Of a DNA stretch of 64,000 nucleotides, positions 1 through 10,035 are shown one piece after another. The DNA is from Azolla caroliniana. Taxonomy: Eukaryota; Plantae; Polypodiophyta. Under the pieces are notes generated by a model that searched no databases, was not told where the DNA came from, and was given only the letters and a program-made list of their open reading frames with translations. The stretch is from positions 6,138,001-6,202,000 of the forward strand of contig JBHGNT010000008.1 of assembly GCA_043228905.1 (NCBI GenBank), in the 5' to 3' direction. Made by a program: the position numbers and the translations under genes. Within the stretch, counting starts at the first letter, position 1; every line of letters starts with the position of its first letter.

Positions 1-1202
1 CAATTCATGCAAACACCGCGTGATAATCACTTGGATTGCGCTAAGCGAGTTCTCCGATACGTGAGCGGCACAATGGATTGCGGCATCCTCTACAAGACCG
101 CGATGCCAATACGACTCGAGGGGTACACAGATGCCGATTGGGCCGGCTACAAAGCCGATAGAAGATCAACCTCCGAATTTGTTTTTTCCCTCAGCAACGG
201 AGCAATATCCTGGAGCAGCAAAAAGCAACCAACCGTCGCTCTTTCAAGCATAGAGGCGGAATACAGGGGCGCGGCAGTGGCCGCATGTGAAGCCGTATGG
301 CTCAAAAGGATACTCAAGGATTTGGGCGTACACATCAAGGATCCGACTTCCCTTTACTTCCCTTTACACATCTGGCTTGGAACCCGGTGTTCCACGCGTA
401 GACAAAGCACATCGAAGTGCACTATCAATTCATCCGAGAGCGCGTTCTTGTTGGCAATGTCGACCTATAACACATTAGCACAAATCTTCAAACAACCGAC
501 ATCTTCACTAAAGCCTTAGGAGCTGACAAGCTATGGCAATTCATGACCGATCTCGGATTGACGATCCCTTACCTGCCAAGCTTGAGGGGAAGTACTGAAG
601 ACACTACGCAATAACGCGTGGATTCTGCAACCACGAAACGAAGCCGCGAAGAAAGACACAAGCCAAAGCACAGACTTTGCAACTACGCACAACGAAAGCT
701 GGAGCACGGATTCCGCAACTCCGCATAAATGCAAGTCGACGTGGACTCCGGAACGCGAGTCAAAGCGGATTTCGGATACCATCTGAAACCGACCCGACTT
801 GAGCTTGAGGGGCATGTTGAGAATCAAGCTCAACTTGGTCTAGTGTGTGAACTCACCTTGATAGTGAATAGACACTCCAACGGTCAAGAGTCACCATTAT
901 GTCACCACTTTGTATTCTTGCATTTAGTATGAGTCATAGAATCATATTCTATGACACATAACTTATGAGCTTTCACATTCCCCATGCTCCATGAGTCTTG
1001 TAGTTAATGAAGAGAGAGGGTGACTATATAAAGCACCCTCCTCCCACCTTGTATGAGGTTGAGTCTTTCTCCTTTGTTAATATACTTTACCTTGCATATT
1101 CTCTGTGTCTTACACCTTGTCTCTCTCTCTCACTCTCTCTCTCTCTCTCATACACACACACAGTTCATATCTATTCCTCTGCACAGAATCCGTCTCTTGA
1201 TT
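1..1202 (+). mobile_element. Ty1/copia LTR retrotransposon, 3' end (RT C-terminus/RNase H, PPT, 3' LTR); degenerate
   Basis: ORF 7-519 has copia RNase H motifs (GYTDADWAG...RRSTS...AISWSSKKQPTVALSS.EAEY). After a frameshift near 357 it continues FHA*TKHIEVHYQFIRE. PPT-like ttgaggggca 805-814, then LTR starting tgttgagaatcaa at 815. The LTR is related to the LTRs at 34968 and 38715. Confidence 0.9.
815..1202 (+). repeat. 3' LTR of copia element
   Basis: Starts TG directly after the PPT; TATA-like ctatataaag near 1024. Its end (cagaatccgtct..cttga) matches the LTR end of the 34968-39075 family. Right boundary is approximate. Confidence 0.75.
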
Positions 1203-1209
1203 ATTTACA

Positions 1210-1984
1210 AGTTTCTATAGAAGCCCATGAGGAGTGTGGAAAGAATATAGCTAGTAATGAAGAGGAGCCTGATTGTACTGAGAATGTGTTAGTAGTGTCT
1301 ATAGAAGCCCATGAGGAGTGTGGAAAGAGTATAGCTAGTAATGAAGAGGAGCTTGATTGTACTGAGAACGAGCATACTAGCATCACCCATGAGGACCAGG
1401 CAATAAAGACCACCCAAGAAGGGGAGCACGGTTGTCTTAAGAATGAGGTGACAGCCACCGTACAAGAAGGGTTGACCATGAGTACTGCCACAGCCCACAT
1501 ACAGGAGTCTAATTGTACTAAGAACGAGTATACTAGCATCACTGATGATGATAGGGCAATAAAGACCACCCAAGAAGGAGAGCATAGTGGTCTTAAGAAT
1601 GAGGTGACTATCACCAGCCAAGAGGAGTTCACCATGAGTACTGTTATAGCCCACATACAGGAGCCTAATTGTACTGAGAATGAGCATACTAGCAACAACA
1701 TGAGTACTAAAACAACCCACATATAGGAGATGAGTGATAATTTGACTATCAACAGTACCTTTGTGGATGTGTGTAAAAGCATTGCAGTTGCAGAAAACAC
1801 AGTTTCTCTCTCAAGATTGCCACTTGTACAAGGTGCCCGTACATCCACACCTGTTTCTGATGCCTCTGATGATGAAGTGCCACTTAGTAAGCTGATACCT
1901 AAAGGCTTTAAGATAAAGAAGAATGTAAAATCACAAAAAACTGGCACCAATAACAAGCGCATTGCAAGATCGGGGAAATTGTGA
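1210..1984 (+). pseudogene. Acidic, internally repetitive ORF relic of unknown function, possibly a TE accessory gene
   Basis: ORFs 1007-1726 and 1730-1984 are in one frame, split by TAG in cacatataggag where the upstream repeat copies read cacatacaggag. Contains a 28-aa repeat x2, a 54-aa repeat x2 and a basic C-terminus. The 5' part of the called ORF is copia LTR. Confidence 0.4.
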
Positions 1985-2039
1985 AATGGTGCATGATTGT
2001 CTTTCGATTGTACTTGAACTATAGCTGAACTGTTAGTGA

Positions 2040-2465
2040 TGTCTAAACTTAAACTATTTGGTATACCAAAATACTGTCTAAATTGCTAGTGTGAAATGTT
2101 GTACTGACTCCAGTTCACTCATCTAGTGTTGTTAACGTAATGTGAAATTCTATATTGCCAATTGCAGAGAATGAGAATGTATTCTATTGTTAATTGTCAT
2201 GCAGCCATGATTGTGTTGAACTACAACTGAACTATTACCAACGTATTGTCTAAATTTCCCCTGTGAAATGCTGTGAAGATCAGATCACTCATCTAGTGTT
2301 GTAGTGTAATGTGAAATTCTATATTGGTAATTGTAGAGAATGAAAATGTATTCTATTGTCAATTGTCATGCAGCCATGATTGTGTTGATTACAAATAAAA
2401 TTCTATATTGCTAATTGTAGAGAATGAGAATTTATTCTATTGTCAATTTGTCATGCAGCCATGAA
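2040..2465. repeat. Degenerate tandem repeats (about 85/170 bp)
   Basis: ttctatattg..aattgtagagaatga.aatgtattctattgtcaattgtcatgcagccatga recurs at about 2148, 2316 and 2401. Confidence 0.7.
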
Positions 2466-2935
2466 TGTAGTAGGGAACAATTTGACATTCACATTAGTAC
2501 TAAAATAAGATATATGTATCCGTCTAACATTCGATACTTCGGGAGACTAATATGTATTAGTGAACACTTACAATTGACATTAGTACTAAAATAATATGTA
2601 TATTGATACTTGCGAAGTATGGTCTCCTTGAGTGCACATAGTCAGAGTCGAATAGAGACTTAACACAATAGGGATTAGACTACCAGTATTCATAGTTGAA
2701 TAAGTTTGGGCCATATTGATGCTGCTAAGTATTGAAGACTTCACACCCTAAACCATAGAAACAAGCAACTCTATAATTACCATGAACACTTACAAAACAA
2801 GCTCAATAAATACTCTAAACACTTTAGAAGAAAGAAGAAATATATCGATTCATTTGTCAATCATCAAAATTAATATATCAATACATCAAATAGTGAACTA
2901 CAAGCGGATGTTTTTCAGTTGCCAACTACAATGTA

Positions 2936-5900
2936 TTAAAAGGGTAACTTGCAAGCATTAAACAGAGAAACCTTGCCTAATATGTGTTCATGAACCTCTT
3001 GGGGGACCTTGTAGACAGTGTTGTATCCCTTAACCTTGTCCTTTGCCTCAATCATATTGAACTTGATCGCAAGAATGGCACCCGTGTAGATTATTGCGAT
3101 GGGTGCATCTTTTAGTAATGCATATGTGTTCTTGCACTGTGGCAACTTTGCATAATAGTTTCCATACACGACAGACTCACAAATGTTGAACATGTTGCCC
3201 CAGCCATCCCTCACCACTTCTTTCAATAATGTCTTTCCTTGCTTGCACACCACAATGTAGTAGTCTTCTAAATCTTCATTTTGAGGAGATTTGAGCACCG
3301 CAAAATGATCTCCAACTTCCAATAAAACTACCAAGTCTTGATGTTGGTTGTAGTATACAATATCGTTTGAATGTGCATCCTTTTCAATATCATCTTATCT
3401 TTCAGGCTCAAGCTTCTGCAGCTTCCAGGGCTCCACGATTGATAGGTTGATGCATTTATCCCAAGCTTCATCTATACACATGGAACAAAAGCATGATAAA
3501 GTACGGAGTAACAATTGTGTTGTGTCCTTGCAGCTAAACCCTAATACACAATGGGTGCTTCGTGTGCCTTTCACAGTTTTACAACCATATGATTTAGTTC
3601 TATCGACCTCATCAGCACGAACCTCAACAAACAATCTGTTCTTACCATCATTTGACATCTTCCATGTTAGCCACTCCACAACATCATGTGCATTTTGTAA
3701 CTTACCACCATTATTATCCAACTGCTCACTTGTAAGGGCACGTTTGATCACAACCCCCGCGCCATCATGCTCTCCTTTTCCATGTCCAGACCCGAAGTAG
3801 TTCCATTGCATACGAATGTTGAATAAGGAGAAGTATATGCTTTTGTATCCCAAGTTTCCAAAAAACATTAGTATTATGTTGTCAATCGGGAGTACTATAC
3901 ATCCATTAATACTGATTTAGTACAAATACAAAACAAAGCATAGCACAACGTATCCATGGAGAACACTCTACACTGATTAAAAGATAAATAGTACTATGTT
4001 GTCAACCATATGTACTTAGCATCCATTAATACTAATTTAGTACGGATATAGCACAAAGCATAGTACAATGTGTTCATGGAAAACACTCTACATGTATTAA
4101 AAGATAATTAGTACAAACTCTTCAATATAGGACAGTACTATGTTGCTGACAACGAGTACTTTACATCCATTAATACTGATTTAGTACAAATAAAACACAC
4201 AGTACAGTACAATGTGTCCATGGAGAACACAACATGGATTAAAAGATAATTAGTACAAACTCTTCAATATAGGACACTACTATGAGTACAAGACATGTAC
4301 TTTACATCCTTCAATAAATACTGATTTAGTACAGATACAACACACAGTACAATACAATGTGTCCCTGAAGAACACTCAACATGGATTACAAGATAATTAG
4401 TACAAACTCTTCAATACAGGACAGTACTGAGTACAAGGCATGTACTTTACATCCTTCAATAAATACTGATTTAGTACAGATACAACACACAGTACAATAC
4501 AGTGTGTCCATGGAGAACACTCAACATGGATTAAAAGATAGTTAGTACAAACTCTTCAATATAGGACAGTACTGAGTACAAGACATGTACTTTACATCCT
4601 TCAATAAATACCGATTTAGTACAGATACAACACACAGTACAATACAGTGTATCCATGGAGAACACAACATGGATTAAAAGATAATTAGTACTATCTCTTA
4701 CGGACGGACAATACTATGAGTACAAGACGATTATGAGTACAAGACGAGTACTTTACATCCTTCAATAAATAATGATTTAGTGCAGATACAACACACAATA
4801 CAATACAATGTGACCATGGAGAGCACTCAACACAGACTAAAAGATACTTAATACAAATCTTAAGAATGGCCAATATTATGAGTACAAGACAAGTACTTTA
4901 CATCCTTCAATAAATACTAATTTAGTACAGATACAACACACAACACAGTACAATGTGTCTATGGAGAACACTTCACATGGATTAAAAGATAATAAACACA
5001 TATCCATGTGACAGGATGGTACTATGTGATTAATCAAGAACACTTAACATAGTTAAAAACATAATTAGTATGCATGCATCCATTTGAATAGTACTGTATT
5101 TGAATAGTTACAAACATAATTAGTATGCATGCACTAACACAAGACTTACTTCCTTAGACATTGCATTATAAGTACTAAATATATGGATTAAAAATTACCT
5201 AGCGATAAAGTAGAACAATCGTGCCACCTTAAACTGCGAGGTAGCACCATCAGACCAAACCCAATGATAGTTAAAGCTAAACCCTAGAGACAATAAATCT
5301 GCATGGTGAAGCTTAAAACAATGTTGAACAAATAGTGTATCATGTTTTTTATCATCTGAAATGTAAAATATTGATTTCTTATGTAACTCACCGTCTTGTC
5401 TCCAATAGCAAATATGTACAAGTATTGTACATTGATCATTGTACCAATGCATTGATTGAACCTCATTTTGAACTTTAAATGTATAGTTTTCTGCAAAGTC
5501 AATAACGGATACGATGACACCCGTTGGTAAGTTATTAATACATTCCTTGAACTGTGAATTTTGCCAATAACTCCGGAAGTTATGTGGAATGAACTCCCCA
5601 AGTTGTTTCTTAAATTCTGAAACAAGGGTAGCAGCACATGTCTCCTTATATACTTCCTTGATACGCTTAGTTACAAGTCCCTAGCCAATATTTTCAGTCA
5701 CATACTCTAAATATTTCCATTTCACAATATGACTGTTTCCCAAATCAAGCTCCTGCCTACAAAATAATGGTAGCGGACAAACCTTACATGTTCTTAAAAG
5801 ACATGTACGACAATGTCACTCACATGATGGTTCTTTTTCACAAACACAAGACCTCCATAACTCAGAAACGGATGCATAAGTCATGTTTCATGCATTACAC

Positions 5901-6850
5901 CTATTATCCTCCCCATTCGGTCTACAAACCTCACAAGTGCAGACACATAATTCCTCGTGTATACCCTTAGAATCAGTACGCATTGCATTCACTCTAAGCC
6001 TTAACATGTCCACCTTCACGTGGTACACACAACAACATGTATTCCTCTCATTTAATTTTCTAAATAATATGGTTTCAAACCTTGGAACTTGCGGAATCCA
6101 ACAGTCAAGCTTGGATGTTGGTCTTTAAAGTTCATGTACAATTCAGCCTACATCAACCAATATATATAGCAAACATTAATATACACTTGGTCAAAACAAA
6201 ATTTTATGGAATGTGAATTGATATAAAAAAATGGAATACCTCCGTCATCTCCAAGAAGTGTCTAGGGTGAATTTGGTACTTACCCTGACTTATTCGTTGT
6301 CTACACACGTCCTTCTTATTTGGTGAGACACGCGTATTTTTTGCCCAAAATGAATCCACTTTCTCAATAATCTCTTGAGATAAGGCATCGCATCGTCGTC
6401 TACGTCCCAACCCCAGCCACTTGAATTGGCTTAAGTGTATATTTCGGCGATGTTTCTTCAAGTTCCTTCTTTGAATACCCAGGGCTAAGGCAACTTTAGT
6501 ATCACTATATTTTTTTTCTCTCGCACCGTTCATAACCATGTGTAGGGCTGCCCTCTTTGCAACAAGTTTGTCTATGCTCTCTACACCTTTCACTAAGTCT
6601 AGGGATGACTTCATAGACTCTACAATCTCTTTGAAACACATTGGTCCCTAAATTTTATTCTCCCCGTGTCTTCATTCAAACGTTGATGGTGTAACACTCT
6701 ACATATAATATCCCTACGATCCTCTTCACCAAATCTCTTCGTTATTTCTACCAAATAACGAACTATGTGAAGAACCACTCATCTCTTGGTCCTTTTAGAT
6801 ATACATGAGTTACTTGACAACTCACTCTCGTTGGGGATCCCCATTTGGTC
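2936..6850 (-). pseudogene. Degenerate, intron-containing DDD transposase of Sola2-like type
   Basis: Minus-strand pieces in order: FW..NTRVSPNKKD (about 6240-6641); F..LKP...RNTCCCVYH (about 6020-6150); VIDFAENY (about 5485); WSDGATSQFK (5235-5260); WNYFGSGHGKGEHDGAG..IKR and SCFCSMC (3395-3850); C-terminal ORF 2936-3334 in frame across a premature TAA at 3395. Introns at about 6150-6239 and about 3850-5198. Frameshifts present. Superfamily assignment is from motif recall. Confidence 0.7.
3868..4995. repeat. Tandem array, about 145-bp unit, about 8 copies, inside transposase intron
   Basis: agtacaagacatgtactttacatccttcaataaatactgatttagtacagatacaacacac recurs at 4285, 4430, 4575, 4719/4736 and 4881. 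More diverged, shorter copies extend back to about 3868. Confidence 0.9.
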
Positions 6851-7087
6851 ACTAGATTTATCCAAAAAAAATTAAGTGTCTTGCGAGAGTAGTTAATGTT
6901 ATATAGACTACACGAAGAAATCATAATCAAATGTTTTTAAATGCGGCCTACAAAGTGAAAAATAATTCGTTTTGGACATTAGAATTACGGATCAAAGATG
7001 ACAATTATCATTTCTTTATTCACAAATTTCTAAAAATGAAAAAATTTAGTACTGAAAAGGAAAAAATAGTTCTGAAATTTAGTACTG

Positions 7088-7340
7088 GAAAGGAACCTCC
7101 AATTGTGGAGGGAGCGTTGAATCTGTGTGATATGCCGCCTCGATTTGGTGGAAGGAACCTCCAATGGTGGAGGGAGCCTTGAATCTGTGTGATATGCCGC
7201 CTCGATTTGGTGGAATGAACCTCCAAAGGGAGCCTTGAATCTGTGTGATATGCCACCTCGATTTGGTGGAAGGAACCTCCAATAGTGGAGGGAGCCTTGA
7301 ATCTATGTGATATGCCGCCTCGATTTGGTGGAAGGATCCT
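7088..7340. repeat. Tandem repeat, 62-bp unit, about 4 copies
   Basis: ggaaggaacctccaa..gtggagggagccttgaatctgtgtgatatgccgcctcgatttggt at about 7088, 7150, 7212, 7268 and 7330 (partial). Confidence 0.9.
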
Positions 7341-7865
7341 CGCCTCAGTGGAAAATGCCTCAAATCACCGCAAGATAAACTGTAATTGGTGGAAGAAGCA
7401 AGAAAATCGTTCTCGAAGAAGTCACTATTGGCTATTATAAGAGGCCTCAAAACAGTCTCTAATCCTCAACTCGATCCCTAAAACAGAAACCCTAACAAAA
7501 CAAGAAATCCTCAACTCAAAACCAAAAACTTGACATGGATGTCTAAGATGAAGAGCTCAAAGGGATAGCGAAAGAGGAGTAAGAGGAGTTGGTTTGAGGG
7601 GAAGCGCCCAAAGGCGCCCAAAACGACGTGAGGGGAAAATAGCCCCCAAAATTGAAAGAACATCTCCTCACGTGTTCCCCCCACTCCTTGTCTTAAATGA
7701 CACTTGTACTACACTCACCCCACTCCCCAAAATCGATTTTTTTTCTCTGATTTTTTTTCTCAATTATTTAGTACTAACAGTATCGTCGAAAGGACTGACA
7801 TTTTTTGTGGCCAAAAACAATACTTTTCTGGTACACCGTAGCGTGTACATTGATTTATAGAATAA

Positions 7866-8172
7866 GGGAATGTCGACATCCATATTACTACAAGTATTTT
7901 AGGATGTGAAATGTTCAAATATCTTATATGCATTTTAGGATGTAGAACTATATTGTACATCACAAAATTGTGTAAACATAGATATTTTTTACAATATTAT
8001 AGATATTTTTTAGAAAGGTAAATAATTTTCAAATTTTAGAAGTATTTTATGTATCTTATAAGTATTTAACATATTAAGAAAATGTATTTAACGTATTTTT
8101 AAATTGGGAGGTACTATACGGGTATTAATACGTTAAATACGTATGGTATCCGTACCATACCTAACAACCTTG
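7866..8172. mobile_element. AT-rich MITE/hAT-like fragment
   Basis: Ends ..catacctaacaaccttg (reverse complement caaggttgttagg), resembling the TIR style of the 28225 MITE, with tacg-rich subterminal motifs. No left TIR or TSD found. Confidence 0.35.
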
Positions 8173-9350
8173 TTCATGAGAAAGCCATATTGTGCAAGAT
8201 TTGTGCCAATTGATCATGGCATTGGATCTCTTGCAAAATATGGCTAACCCACTTTCTAGCTTTTGGAGGTTTTCCAAGTCCCCCTTGTAGGTAGACCGTT
8301 GTGTCATCTGCAAATTCTATATCCAGGATGCTTTGGTGAGAATGAGGTACGGGAAGACCACGTAGGTTGAGATGTCGTGAGTTGAGAAAGCAAGAGAGTG
8401 GTTCGGCATACAATAGAAATAAGGATGGAGCTAGTGGGCATCCCTGTTGTACAGATCGGGATATTCGTAAAAAAGGGCCCCCTTTCACCTGCCAGTGAAA
8501 CGCAACTATTGTCGTTCCTATAAAGTCTTGCAATGCCTTTGATCCATGTCTCTTGAAAGCCAAGTTTCCCCATCACACTTTCTAGAAAGTTCTAGCATAC
8601 CCTATCATATGCTTTCTCAAAATCTAGTAGCACCACTGCTACCTTGTTGTTGGTACGCTTGGCAAGGGCTATTGCCTCCTAGAATGAGAAGAGGTTGTCT
8701 AGGATGCTCCGATTTCTAACGAACCCTATCTTGGACGGATGAATGAGTTGAGGGAGAAGTGGTGTTAAACGGCGTGCCACGATTTTTGCGAGCAACTTAT
8801 AGATAGTATTGAGAAGAGTTATGGGCCACCACTTGCTAATGTCATTGGCACTCCCACCACTTTTAGGAATGAGATGTATCATCCTCTGTCCAAATTCCTC
8901 CGTCATGCTTCTAGAGGTGATGATCTCCTCATATGCCTGGAGGAGGTCTTCTTTAATAGTGTCCCAAAGGCATGTGAAAAAGTGCAAGGTGAGGCCGTCA
9001 ATTCCAAGGTAACTATCGGCATCCAAATCAGAGAGGGCCTCCCATATCTTGATGATTGATAGGGAACGCACGAGCCATGTATTCATTTCCGATGTGACTT
9101 TCTCGAGTATGCTTTTGAGGATAATATCTTCTCTGATGTCTTCCCCTTTAGCCATACTATCTTCGGTAAGTAGGCGGTTATAGTAACTTGTGGCAATATT
9201 CCTCATTTCGTCGCCATCCTTAGTGGTCGTTCCATCCTCTCAGTTGAGGTTGTGCATCATTGTTCTAGCGTGCCTCGGGCCTTTGGAGCGGAAGAATTCC
9301 TTCGTGGTTTTGTCCCCTACTCGAATCCATTGCGCCATGCTTCCATGAAC
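8173..9350 (-). mobile_element. L1/Tx1-clade LINE ORF2 (reverse transcriptase) fragment, frameshifted
   Basis: GDKTTKEFF; W.PITLLNTIYKLLAK; GFV..RSILDN; LLDFEKAYDRV; RSVQQGCPLAP.LF; FADDT. Confidence 0.9.
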
Positions 9351-10035
9351 CAAAATAATGTTTCTAACATCTTTATTATAATTTAAATGAGTCATCCTTG
9401 CAAATGTGGTGTAAAAAATTATTATGCCTGGACTCACAAGTGATCCTCACCAAGTTAATCTAAATAACTATCATGTAAAGATTCACAATTCATCCTCACC
9501 AGTATGATTTAACAAATTGTTGTGTACACTACTACACATTTAGGAAACTAGAGTTTATAAAGGAATCAGCAATGATTCGGTATGAGCCAAATTGAAATTC
9601 ACAAGCATGGCTTAAAGGTTAAGCGAGTTTAGTTTAGATATAAAGTTTGTATATAGTTCAATTTAGCCTTACGGGTTCAAGGGTTCAATTTGGTTCAGTT
9701 TGAGTCTTTAATAGCCCAACATTTTGGGTTTGAGAATCCCGAACCCGTTGCCAATTACTAAATTTATACATTATATTATATCACCAATGTAATCTAATAA
9801 ACTATTGTTTATAGATTCATGAGCTTAATAAATTGACAAAATTACATTAAAATATTTTCGGAAAGTTATTCACCCATTTCTACATCATAAATAAGATCTT
9901 TTTTTTTACAAAGATAAGATACTTTTGCTTTGCAATCAAAGACTTCGTAATTATCTCATAGTATGAAATCAATTACTATATGTGGGCTATTTTATATACA
10001 AACATCTAAATTTTGATATTTGACAATATTATTCT

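Larger units (their letters stand above)
2936..7850 (-). mobile_element. Putative Sola2-like DNA transposon; left end not visible, candidate right terminus about 7848
   Basis: Transposase relic plus subterminal 62-bp repeats and a distinct terminal-looking segment (..aatacttttctggtacaccg) before an unrelated AT-rich element. No partner TIR found in the window. Confidence 0.5.

Noticed and set aside
1201-1962. 253-aa hydrophobic minus-strand ORF
   Set aside because: Antisense shadow of the repetitive plus-strand ORF, with no recognisable domain.
3868-7340. Regular repeat arrays (145 bp and 62 bp) as CRISPR-like arrays
   Set aside because: Units repeat over their whole length with no unique spacers; no cas genes; eukaryotic context.
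7487-7496. aaaccctaa telomere-like motif
   Set aside because: Single copy, at most a telo-box; not an interstitial telomeric array.
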